Assembly: GCF_037042905.1 (NCBI RefSeq)
Contig: NC_087252.1
Span: forward strand, 11,472,001-11,536,000
Reading direction: 5' to 3'
Source of the DNA: Lytechinus pictus
Taxonomy: Eukaryota
DNA: 64,000 nt
Positions 52,901 through 64,000 of this stretch are shown one piece after another. Below the pieces are notes generated by a model, which saw nothing but the letters and a program-made list of their open reading frames with translations, was not told the origin of the DNA and made no database searches. Every line of letters begins with the position of its first letter. Positions within the stretch are counted from its first letter, which is position 1. The translations under genes and the position numbers were made by a program.

Positions 52901-55900
52901 AATTTGAAAATTTCATATTTCCTATAATAAAATACAGAAGAAAAAGTGAGTGAGAGATGTCATCAGTTCCCTCATTTGCATACCGACCGGGAAGTGCATA
53001 TAACTGTTTTGTGAAATTAAGCGAAACTTTAAAATGCCACAACTTTCTTATTTCACATCTGATTTTGATAAAATTTTCAGTGTTATGTTTGTTGGATTTT
53101 CCTCTTTTTCTTCAAATCAACTTTTTAATGGGGTGGACTTGTCCTTTAAAGCAAAGGTTCAAGCCCTGGGCACGGCTATCGGATGGTGACATTAAAGGTC
53201 AGTCACAGACGTAAATAATCATATTTGGATGATACACGTCTGAAAAACTCAATTACACACACAGCTGTACATGTATTACCTTGTCCATCTAAAGACTGCC
53301 ACTTATTGCAGGAGTAATGGTAGACCAGTACGTTATCGTTGAGTTCCTCTCCCTCCGCAAAGCCTCCCAACACAAGCATGTAGTTAGAGAAGGTCACCGC
53401 CGAGTGGTACATGCGTGCTTCCGGCTGTCACAAGAAAAAAAAAAAAAAAACATGCTGAAAAGGTAAGTATTCATCAAAACATAATTTAGCCCATGGATGC
53501 AATGCAAGTGGTTTCCCTTTCATACACTTACTAACAAGTACCAACCTCTTGCAACAGAATAAAGAAGGAAGGCGAGTTTGAAGCGCTTGATTCAAAGTGT
53601 ATATCTAAAGATAGCCACATGGACTCAATTTGGTTTTGCTTTCTTTTCTCCGCTCACTATTTTTGTTTAGTAATCTTTTTGTGTGTGTCAACTGCACACA
53701 TCACATCCCCTCCCCTACTCCCCTGACTCTCCCCCTGTTCCCCCACCCCTTTCGCTGTTATCTCTGTCATCTTATCTTAAAACTCCCACAAATAATGTCT
53801 CTATTCTATCCCCTTCCCCCTTTCACTCCAATCTCTCTGTCATCTTACCTTATATCCCTCCGAAGGCAGTATACTCCAGCCAGCCGATGGGGCATGGTAG
53901 GCATAGAGCTTGTCAGAGATTGCTAGGGCTTGTAGGTGGAATCGGTAACCCCCAAACACATAGATGGTATTTGTCTCGTTGTGCCACACAGCAGAATGAC
54001 CAAATATACCTGTTCAACAAAATCAGATAGAGATAACAAATGTATGACAATATAGGTTCAACCACTATAGAAATAGTGATGATAAATGTACCCAAGGATT
54101 ACAGTATGTTGTAAGAGATACATGTATGTAATCAATCGTGAGAACTTAGTACCATTGCACACATGTTGCTATAAATGAACTGAATACTGATGGTGATAAC
54201 AGATTGCATTCTTAACATTTTTTTATCATGGCTTTCTGTGTACGAATCACAAAATAACCTACATGTACCACTAGTGATTTAGAAAAGGATAATAAAAAAC
54301 AAAAATCCCAAGAGAAACTTCATGATATTCAAATCTAATATTCATTGTCAATTTAAACACTTTGCATCAAAAAAAGATTTTTAAAAACAAACTTTTTTTT
54401 ATACATACCTGTCGGTGGAGTTCCCTGAGATGACTTGAAATGACCAGTCAGCGTATTTGTGTCAAAGTGAATGATTTCTGACATCAGGCCCAATGTTGGT
54501 GAGTAGCCCCCGATGACTATAAGGGTTCTATCGTCAACCATCGTCATTGTATGCCCTGCTATCTCTAGGTCATCAATGGGATTCTGAAAGAAACAAAATC
54601 AATGGGAAATCTTAGTTTATTCTCAGATTCTTACATGAGCCAATCGTGGGTACTAAACCCTGACGACGATCAGGGTCTATCATCAATGCATGGCCTGCTA
54701 TCTCTAGGTCATCAATGGAATCTTCAACAAAGTAACAAATTAACAACAACAACAAAACTGACAAAGTCGTTAGTAAACCTTAGTGTGTTCAGTCTACATA
54801 GCGGCTATGCATATTGTTGAGTGGCATGTTTCGTAAAGATAGAAAATATCATTAGGCCTATGTACTTTATCTGAAAAAGAACAACAGATGGGAGCATATT
54901 AAAAAGTAGGAATTGAAAACAATAAAATAAGACAACATGTCAACATTAAAAGAAACTATAATTCATCTTACCGATATATCAGACCACGTGTGATGGGTCA
55001 GTGAAAACATCCACCAGTCACTCAGGACCTCGCTATCAGATAGCCCTCCGCTGATAATCATCTTATCAGGGGCTACGTACGAAGCTGCATGGTAGTTACG
55101 GGCAGAGGGCGCCAGAGCGTTTCCTGTAGAATGGTGCGTCCACTGGGATGATGATGGGTCATAGCTGATGACGTAGAAAGCAAACAGTAAGAAGATTATT
55201 GTAAAAAGATTAAATGATTTTTTTCTTTTGATTACCTCATAGATTATTATATATGAAATGGACCGGCCCAGGTCTCTTACTCCAGCGCCCTTCTCAAACA
55301 TGATCATTTTCCCTCCTCAATACATGCCCATACCAACGTTATATCTATAATTGATATTTCATTTCTAATCAGGACACCATCAAACAAACAAAAGTATCAT
55401 CCGAAATGTTTGCACAAAGAAATTAGACAAGCACAAATAGGAAGTGTTTTGGCAAAGATTTTCTTAATGTGTTTCTCAAATGAAAAGAAAAAAAAAAAAG
55501 ATTTCGAAGTAGTCTCCGGCTCCTGGTGACATGACAGTATGATGAACGAGCAGGGTGAATTCATTTTTTTTTAATACCATATTTGTCAGAGTTTTCAAAA
55601 TAAAGTTAATTTTATGTTTTGCAAGTGTACAGTTTTCATAGAACTTTCAGAGGCATGTAAACTTCTGGCCCCAACTGTATATAAAACATACCTCCAGACA
55701 TCATTCAAGCGTTGATTATCCTGGGAGTAACCTCCAAACAGCCAGAACTTTCCATCCCCGTCCGCGACCATGGTGTGACCCATACGACTGGTCGGACCAA
55801 CGTTAGAGTTAGAGCTCAGCCGATTGGCGTCGTAGAGAAGAGACCACACTGCTTTCGAATCAGACTTTGAGGGCGCTGTAACGATATCACATGCAGCACC

Positions 55901-58900
55901 GCTGTAGCCCTCGTTGCATATGCAAAGGAGTAGATGCTGGATGGAATATAGAGAATGCATTTATGTAGGACAGCTCGAGGTACATGTATAGTGATGGGTG
56001 TTGTACTTGACTTAATGATAAAACTATGGGGTGGGAGTGGTGTTAGCGATATTTTGTCCACTGAAATATTTTATAGATTCACAGCTAAATTTATTTTCCA
56101 AAGATTAATTAGCATAATTTATTCATATAAAAATTGATTTAGGAAAAGTCTAGTTATGCAAACACACAGAATACATAATTTTCTTTCATCGTGCAAATTT
56201 CTGTTGCGTATGATCTGCAGCCAAGATCTGGGGGGACATAATGCCCCCCCACCCCGTACTGAAATACCAAGGGACTATAAAGAGTTCTAGGGTTATCACA
56301 GAGGAAGACCCACTGCTCGTAGATCACGTGAACACGAACCCTTCAAGATACTCACATCATTACACATCCCACGCCCCTCAAGCAACCCACAGTCGTCAGG
56401 GCATATCTCCTCTTCACAGTCATCACCAGTAAACCCCGCCCTGCATTCGCACACCTGATCGTCCTCCACTTCATCCTCGTCTTCGTTGGCACAGTGCCAG
56501 TTACCGTCGCAATCCTCCTGGCAGGTGCGGACGTCGTAGACCGCGGTGAAGCCCTGCGTCGGCGATGTCGCACTAACATTGGCTTGGAAGGCAATTGTCA
56601 TTACACCTGTAAAGCAGTAAATGGAATTGAAGTTTGATTATTTTTTCAGAGTGCATGAACATGCATTTATGATAATGAATCAATGCATTCACTAAGACTC
56701 TCTTGGGCAATATCACATTTTGTAGACTGGTGGTGTTGCAAGATCCTGTCTTACAAAGAGTTACAATTGATTTGATCGATCTCAACTATATGGAAATCCA
56801 TTATTGTCATAATTTTTCCTCCTAGAAATTTGCAGTGTCCCTTGTAAACAAAGAGGATGCACTCTGAAATATCAAGACAATGATGAATGTAATAGCATAC
56901 ACCATATCTATAACACATTTTGAACAAACATGCATTTTAGTTGTTGGCATTGCTGGCTTTCTATAGTTGTGGTTGATCAGATCAATCGCAAATCTTTGTA
57001 AGACGGGCCCCATATCAAGAAATATATTGAAAAAACATGTATTTTAGACAATGGCATTGCTGGCTTTCCATAGTTGTGCGTGATCGGATCAATCGCAAAT
57101 CTTTGTAAGATGGGCACAGGTGTCCTAGCATCCTTTGGTAATGCATCTATCCAGTCCCTCTGAGGGGACCTTGAGAGGTTGGTCCTCTGGTTGCTTACAT
57201 ACAGTTAAATGAATTTGAATATGAAAATCTTTGATAACAATTATAGTAGGCAAGTTTTAAATAGGGATAAGATATATCAACAATTTTGAATATTGGTTAG
57301 GAGCTTGTTTCAGAGGGAGGAAACAATAACAGCAAATGTACAATCACCATGTCAGGTCTACATTTGCTTTGAAAGAAGTAGATATATGGGTATACAATTT
57401 GTAGTTGGATAATTTTGGCAAGGTACGAGTATATATCATTTAAAATCTTACAGTCTGTTTCTTTTTACTTTTTACTGTATAGAAAAGTACAAATTAATTT
57501 TGGTTGAATTATCAAGTGTTTTGTGCAGGGTAGTCACATGTAATGTTACATACCTGAATATGAAGTTGTTGTGATGTCTGAGCTAGATGAGTGACCGCAG
57601 TAAGCCCCAATCTCTTGGCTTTCCATAGATACACCAAAGTTTTCCCATAGATGTTGAGGGATGCCGTCGTAGACATGAACGTAATCTCGCTGGAAGGGGG
57701 AAAAAACACAGATGTGTAATCAAAACTACTTGAGCTGAAGTAAAGATTTCTACATATGGATTAATATCCTGTTCTACTAGTCATTCATAGTGTTACGTTT
57801 GCACCATACTGTAGGTGCCCCCATCCTGTCTTGTTCTTAACTATACTCACCAAACACTCTACACCCAGGGTATTTACTGTACGTGTTATGGCTCAAGGAG
57901 ACCCAAGTGCCCCAGAAGCTTGGATCAGACTCTTGAAGGTACCTCCACCCCCTTGTTCTTATCGACTATACCCACCCCAGACTCTACATCCAGGGTATGT
58001 ACTGTTAGTATTATGGCTCCAGGAGAGCCGAGTGCCCCAGAAGCTTGGAGAAAAGACTGTCAAAGGTGCCCCATCCTTTGTTCTAACTATACTCATCCCA
58101 CACTCTACATCCAGAGTATCTACTGTAAGTCTAATGGCTCTAGGAGAGCTAGGTGCCCAAGAAGCTTGGAATAGACTGTTGAAGGTGCCCCAATCCCCTT
58201 GCTCTTATTGCCTATACTCACCCCACACTCTACATCCAGGGTGTCTACTGTAAGTGTTATGGCTCCAGGAGAGCTGAGTGCCCAAGAAGCTTGGACTAGA
58301 CTGTCAAAGGTGCCCCATCCCTGATCTTATTGACTATACTCACCCCACACTCTACATCCAGGGTGTCTACTGTAAGTGTTATGGCTCCAGGAGAGCTGAG
58401 TGCTCCCGAAGCTTGGACCAGACTGTCGAAGGTAGTCAAAACCCAGAGACAGTATCCATGATTGGGATCCTGCACACCAAGACCCTCAAAGGAACCTAGT
58501 CTTGAGGAATGGACGTTGGTCAGTATGGATCGCCCATTGCACTTCTGGTAGCACTTTCCGCCATTCCTATTAATAGCAATAACAATGATCTCAAAAATGA
58601 CAAATCAATTTCTCTAGGGCTATTACTAATATGTTAACCTACATAATGGTCTAACATTCTTTTTCAACCAAGGTTCTCATGATATCAAAGTATCAAGCAA
58701 ACAGTGATGGCAATAATTTCTTGAAAAATGTAAGCATTAGGGTATAATGGTTCTGACTCTCATTTTGTAATCAGATGGTCATGTATTCAAATCCCACCAT
58801 AGCACTATCATCTTTTGGCAAGATTTAAATCTATACTTTGCTACTCTTCACTGACGTGTTAAATGGGAACCCAGTAAGACACAAATCTGAACTTCACAGC

Positions 58901-61682
58901 TCTTACTGTAATGGAATGTTCCACAGGGTGTGGAGAATGGATACATATTGTGTGGGAAAGCAAAAATCTGAGGACAAGGGTAATAACAATTCTATTAAGT
59001 AATTAGCAACATCATTCCAATCATCATCTACATGTACATTACAGGTATATCCTACACCCCAAATTCCACAAGAACTGTTTACATTGCTTTTGTACACTAC
59101 CTCTTCTCTATCGAACAATCTACCTTTGCTCTTATTTATAATACCAAGTCTGCCTTTATTAACAGATGATTTTTCTGCAATCACCTTGTTAGTGGGATAG
59201 TCGATGGAGGTGCAGACCAGCTATGATTTTTCAGTACTAATTGTTTTCAAAGTTCTCAGGTTGAGTTTATAATCGTTGTACAAGTAGGCCCGTAAAAGTT
59301 TCATACTCAGTGTTCAATTGCACAACAAAAACCATGCATTTAGTAATGCCCATATGGAGCACCAAATATCTGTTTGTACATGTATCATCATTTATATCAT
59401 CATTATGTAAGAGTAGAATATCATTGAAAGACACTTACTGTGGTTCTCCAAAGAAACCTTCTTCACACGTCTCACAATAGTCTCCCAGTGTATTACCAGT
59501 ACAATAACAGACACCCGTCGATCCATCACAGTTACCCAAAGATGCGTTCCCATGACCATGGCAATCACACTCCACACAGCCAGTGGGTGAAGTAGCATCG
59601 CCATAGCTACCTGGTAAACAATACTGACAGTGGGAGCCGGTAGACCATTCTGTATGAGGGATGAAATGGTACGATTGTTTAGAAGAAATCGATAACAGTA
59701 TTTCATTTCAAACAAACTAAGGATACTTATGCGAAACATTGTGTACATTGTGAGTGCCTGCTCTCACTGCACAAAAACTTTGGTATTCCTTAATATCCAG
59801 CTGCCTGCATCTACTTTTCAAAAGGAATCAAAAGCAATTCATGAAGCACTTCTAATAATTACTGAGTACTTGATCCGATCTAAGTGCCTAAAAAAATAGC
59901 AAAAAGACTTCCCAATATTTGGAAATAGCTGTTGGTATTAAGAGATCATTTCAGAACTAAGGATTTCTATAATTTTAGGGTAAGGTCGCTTTCCTATAAG
60001 GCATATTTCTGTGTTACTGCCCAGATGGGAAAAATGAAAAAAGGGCACAAAGATATCCGAGACTGTAAGAGGGGCAACAAGGTCAACAAATAGGGAATCT
60101 CAAGCAATTGCATTGGTGACCTTTGAATAATTTAAGCCTTCATCTCGGATACAAGGTATCAATATATTGGTACATTACCTTGACATTGGTCACACAGTCC
60201 CACCCCATTGACGCAAGTGCTGTGATTGTTGCACCCGCAGCTTATGTTGCAGCTAACCCCAGTCCAGCCAAGGTCACAGATACACTCAAAGTCTGGTGAG
60301 CCACTGCAGTAGCCAAACTCACATGTATGGAAGCATCTAGGTGTTGGGAAAGAGAGAGACAGATTAATTGCAAGCATCTCAATACCAACTCAACTTTCTA
60401 GATTGTAGTAGTAGCTGTATCAAAATTTTTATTTTGTTTTTTATCTGTAGTTTTATTCACACAGGGTAGCATTAGTAGTAGAAGGGTAGCAATTTAATAG
60501 GAGTAAAGAGTAGTAGTGGTAGTGGTGGTTTGAGTAGCGGTCGTAGTAGCGGTAGCGGTCATAGTAGCGGTAGCGGTAGTGGTGGTGGTGGTGGTAGTAG
60601 TCTGTATAATACTTACATGCTATCACAGACTTTCCCCCATCTTCTTTGAATGCATATTATTGTTATTGTTAAATATACAATCAAATCATTCATTATTTTT
60701 TATTTTACTTACTGAGAACATCTGTGTAATACTCACACACCATTACATGATATCCTTACAACTCCTTCAAATCTAATTCCTGATTCATGTACTGCTGACT
60801 CATTCATTATACTTTAAAACATTACCCTTCTGGAGGTATTTTGTGCAGTACTCACGTGCTATTACACGAGATCCTTCCATCCCCTTTGAATCCATAGTTA
60901 CACCTGCAATCAAATCCCTCATACGTATTAGTACATGTAGCATTGGCATGGCAATCATGTCGGTCAAGTCTGCACTCATCAACATCCGGACATTGTTCGT
61001 ACGACCAGTCAGCTGGCGATAGAATGGATGTCTCGTGGGCTTCAGACACAGAGGCCGAACAGTTCATAGTGGAGTAGGGGCCGTTGAAATCCCCAGACTG
61101 ACAACTGCAAGAGAAAAGTTAGATGGCATGCACATTTATGCAATTTGGGATAAACTTAATATATTGACCACTGTATTTAATAAGCTATCAAGTTATTCAA
61201 GTTAATTCAGAGTAGATCATAGGGAAAATATGTACCGTCTAACTTGCAGTAGAGTCCACCTGTTAGTAAACTCCACAAAGAATTTTCAAAATTGAAATGA
61301 TATTTTATGATTTTCAGACACAGAATATAGTTCATAGTGGAATAGGAATAGTGGAATAGGGACTATTGACAATTAAAATGTTCATAGTAATATAAACTGA
61401 AAATGACTTACGAATCTGGGAGAATTTATAATACGTGTTGTCAGTGATTTTCACCTACTAATTTGTTCTTAGCCAATCAGATGCAAGGATTCATAGTAGA
61501 TTATAGCATCTGACAAAACTTTTCATGAAAAACTCCCCTGAAGGGAGGTATTGGAAGTTTGGAAGGTAACTTACACTCCAATGTCTGGATCGTTTGTATT
61601 CCCGCACCAGCCGCACTGGAAGGTATCCAGACAGTCAGGGCAGTTCTGATGAGCAGAACAAGATGGACAGACAGAGTCTTCC
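37966..61682 (-). CDS. MEGF8: Multiple EGF-like domains protein 8, C-terminal about 1791 aa (5' exons outside the window)
   Basis: 25 phase-compatible GT-AG exons: 61575-61682, 60856-61104, 60179-60336, 59439-59649, 58344-58566, 57554-57689, 56356-56606, 55692-55936, 54972-55164, 54409-54583, 53849-54009, 53280-53424, 51807-52059, 51247-51379, 50012-50219, 49204-49424, 47434-47692, 45628-45805, 44421-44616, 43914-44078, 42697-42827, 41815-41941, 40823-40934, 38979-39871, 37966-38211 (5377 nt total). Domain order is PSI, EGF-Ca, laminin-EGF, CUB, EGF, Kelch repeats, PSI, EGF, laminin-EGF, then the TM segment [30 protein letters not shown], and EPTDDG...ACLGSALV. Confidence 0.95.
40327..40709. 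mobile_element. Foldback-type MITE with long modular TIRs
   Basis: Inverted arms of about 135 bp, each containing a tandem duplicate of tttgtgatcactctcgcaaaaagtgttcact. Confidence 0.8.
42460..42680. mobile_element. MITE with GGAGCAATTGTC subterminal repeats and a TAGGGT-rich core
   Basis: Inverted gacaa...ctcc/ggagcaa...gtc repeats. An inverted relative lies at about 32826-33070. Confidence 0.55.
44780..45720 (-). repeat. Intronic tandem array (about 142-bp unit) copied from a MEGF8 EGF exon end plus splice donor
   Basis: AG|GTAGG-like donors at 45627 (real), 45485, 45345, 45204, 45062 and 44889. Confidence 0.9.
45943..46362. mobile_element. TIR MITE with a 6-bp TSD
   Basis: cagacctgccaacc/ggttggcaggtctg flanked by aaaggg on both sides. 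Confidence 0.75.
47818..48243. mobile_element. Harbinger-like MITE
   Basis: aggcgaccgcacaccttacga/tcgtaaggtgtgcggtagcct with TTA TSD. Confidence 0.75.
48687..48983 (+). mobile_element. tRNA-derived SINE, full length
   Basis: A-box TGGCCCAGTGG, B-box-like TTCGAATCC, shared core and (TTA)n tail. Confidence 0.8.
49700..49975 (+). mobile_element. tRNA-derived SINE
   Basis: Same family as 48687-48983. More decayed relatives lie near 58738-58880 and 61745-61890. Confidence 0.7.
52544..53149. mobile_element. TTAA-flanked MITE family A
   Basis: ttaaaggtcaagtc...gacttgtcctttaa. Confidence 0.75.
53151..53262 (+). mobile_element. 5'-truncated copy of the 7SL-headed SINE
   Basis: aggttcaagccctgg...ggatggtgacattaaaggtc...gacgtaaataatcatat...gatacacgtctga..aactcaa.tacacac aligns with the reverse complement of 3652-3760. 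Confidence 0.75.
57812..58435 (-). repeat. Intronic tandem array (about 121-125-bp unit) copied from a MEGF8 CUB exon end plus splice donor
   Basis: Donor positions 58343 (real, GTGAGT), 58221 (GTGAGT), 58096 (ATGAGT), 57975 (GTGGGT) and 57851 (GTGAGT). Confidence 0.9.
60470..60600. repeat. (GTA/GTG/GCG)n microsatellite
   Basis: Degenerate trinucleotide run. Confidence 0.75.
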
Positions 61683-62244
61683 CTGAAAAACAAAGAACAA
61701 ATATACTTGTAAATGAATGCAATAGTGAAGGCAAAAGCATGATGGAAGAACAGCGATAGCTCAGTCATTGGAGCGGGAATTTCAGTTTTGGATTCTAGAG
61801 ACCCAGGTTTGATTCCCAAGAGGTGCACTTGTGCACTTTGGTAAGGCTTTTTTCCTCATTACAAGGTCATTCAGAGATGACATCAAGCCAAAGGAAAGGG
61901 CCCGAGCCTTTAGTCTTCTGATCTTTCGTGTTAAATATTGTGTTATCTCTCTGATTTAACATCCCCCCAAATCTGTATTCTGAAAACCGTGTTATCTGCG
62001 TGTAATGTCATTTCATGTTATCTTCAACTCCTCCCACTCTGCATCTATTTAATCCAATCAAATGCGATGTCAATAAAAAATGCGCGTAGTGTTTAAATAC
62101 GCAATGCAGTGTCGCGCTTGTAGACAGCAATCAATTACCGCAGCAGAACATACACCAGCCGCACAGTGTACACGCACTAGCTTACACGTGTTCGGCAACC
62201 TGCCAACCGGCATCGGAAGGACGGTGACAACAAAGGCTGACCAA

Positions 62245-62716
62245 ATGTCCAAACCAAAGCCGATTAAACGACGAGAAAACTTCACCGATCACGAGAGGGA
62301 CATACTCGTGGATGAAGAGATGGAAAGAAAAGTCATCATAAAAAAAACGCTCGGAGCAAACCTTACACATGCAATGAAACTGACAGCATGGCAAAACATC
62401 GCAGAAGGCTTTGCATCAGGAAATAAAAGATCTGTAGACGATGTCCGAGAGAAATTGAAACAATTGAAGTCAAGAAAGAGCACTCGAGACGAAAGAAGGA
62501 AGTGAACGCTACAGGGGGTGGACCACCAGGACTCCTCCCATGGAAAAATCAAATTGATGGAATACATTGGAGAGGTATCCCTCGATGGGATTATCGTTGG
62601 CATGGATACTTTCAAGCCTGCATTAACCTCAACAACAACCATCGATGACGATCAAGAGAAGGACGCGTTGGAAACCCTTGCTGGGTTAGCAACTGGTCTT
62701 GAGAAAGTGCCATGCG
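62245..62716 (+). pseudogene. Decayed Harbinger-type Myb/SANT-like (trihelix) DNA-binding ORF inside a MEGF8 intron, antisense
   Basis: MSKPKPIKRRENFTDHERDILVDE...KLTAWQNIAEGF...RSVDDVREKLKQLK. The NATGGGP motif follows in a shifted frame, then LMEYIG..SLDGI..GMDT in another frame. Donor G|gtaag at 62716. Confidence 0.7.
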
Positions 62717-63149
62717 GTAAGCCATTTTGTTTTTGTTTCGCATTGGCTTAAATAAATCTGAAAATGTTGGTGTATACCTCATCCTCGTCACTAATCCTCT
62801 TTAATAATGATGCAAAAGATTTTATATTCTAAAATGTGACAAACTTTTTGTCTAGCATCACCAAGTATAGTGGTCAACATTGATATCGTATTAGCTGAGG
62901 GCTAAGGCATCTAGACCTATAGGAGTCCCAAAATTTGATATTTTATACAAAGTGAATAGGAATCTTTTCTCCATTTTAAGAGGAAATTGAAAGAATATTT
63001 TTCACTTGAGAGTCAAAGAGAAGATGCAAATGATCTACGGCTGGTTTAGCCTGAATACTGACCATGTTTTTTTATCTTCTCTGCCAGATATTATTATTTA
63101 TTTTACATATGATTGAAGTTTTTTGATCGATATGTCCTTTCTTCTTTTA

Positions 63150-63460
63150 CTAATTTTTCTTTTCCCTCTTCCTTCTATTTTCCTCTTCGTGTCATTATTG
63201 TTGTTGTTGTTTTTGTTGTTCTTCTCCTTTTTCTTTTTCTTCCTTATAATATCCTTTTTCTTTCGCAATTCTTGATAATAATCCGCTTTTAAAAAGTGCT
63301 TAATCCATCTTCCTTCTTCTTTTTCTCCTCCTCCTTCTTCTTCTCCTTCCTCTTCTTCATCTCCTCCTTCTCCTTCTCCTCCTTTTTATTCTCCTTTTTT
63401 CCTCCTCCTTCTTCTTCTCTTTCTTTTTCTTCTTCTCCTTTTTCTTCTTCTTTTCTTCTT
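63150..63460. repeat. Polypyrimidine (CTT/CCT)n low-complexity tract
   Basis: Nearly pure C/T on the + strand. Confidence 0.85.
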
Positions 63461-63589
63461 TATATTCTTCATGTATATAAAACATCTATGTCTTATTTAT
63501 TGCCAATGGTAAATTTAGATTTTGTTTTTTGTTTCCTTTTTTGTAAACAGTATAATTTTACCTTTTATTATCGCAATTCTATACATGTC

Positions 63590-63716
63590 AAGGACCCCAC
63601 TGGAAATAAGCTTTTGAGCTCTGGTGGGTCATCCTGTGCAAGCCTGTTGTTTCTTTAATGATACTGTGTATATATTGGTGACTTGCCAATTGAAATAAAT
63701 CAATCAATCAATCAAT
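63590..63716 (+). mobile_element. 3' end of a CR1/L2-like non-LTR element
   Basis: Stem-loop-like aggacccac...gtgggtcatcct followed by AATAAA and a (TCAA)n tail. Confidence 0.45.
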
Positions 63717-64000
63717 TTTATTCTAGAACCAAAGGAAACAGCATCTCGACCTGCATTATCACCAACTCCCTCCAAAAGATCCAGTCCCCCATCATCCCTT
63801 CCTTCCAGCACTAGCAAGTTGCCGCGAAAATCTAATGACGGATCATGAACATCACCATTATCATCACAATCAACTTCATATCAAAATTTATATCATCAAC
63901 ATCATTATCATTCATCACCATTGCTTTTATTTCTTCAATTTTTTCCCAATTTACACTTTATTCCACACATAAGTTCACGACACCCAAGGCCATGGAACCA

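Noticed and set aside
57815..58499. Plus-strand ORFs of 73-140 aa
   Set aside because: Antisense readings of the exon-derived tandem array.
63296..63658. 120-aa Phe/Ser-rich ORF
   Set aside because: Translation of a polypyrimidine tract.

Overview
AT-rich, repeat-dense, intron-containing animal genomic DNA. The repeat types and gene structures suggest an invertebrate deuterostome such as a sea urchin, but this is an inference. Three host-type genes are supported. (1) An intronless ABCB9/TAPL-like half ABC transporter (9563-11875, -) whose Walker B glutamate and H-switch histidine are both substituted. (2) A spliced gene derived from a pogo-type transposase (24558-27799, +) that keeps the psq and CENP-B HTH domains, an AT-hook and a PHD finger but has no DDE domain. 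(3) The last 25 coding exons of MEGF8 (61682 to 37966, -), whose 5' part lies beyond the window. The window starts inside a Gypsy-like gag ORF that the ORF track missed. The rest is SINEs, many TIR MITE families, foldback palindromes, minisatellites and a decayed Harbinger Myb/SANT ORF. The most unusual observations are the TAP1-like degenerate ABCB9 copy, a SINE with a 7SL/Alu-domain head, the candidate domesticated transposase, and tandem arrays that copy MEGF8 exon ends with their splice donors. All coordinates and translations were read by eye.
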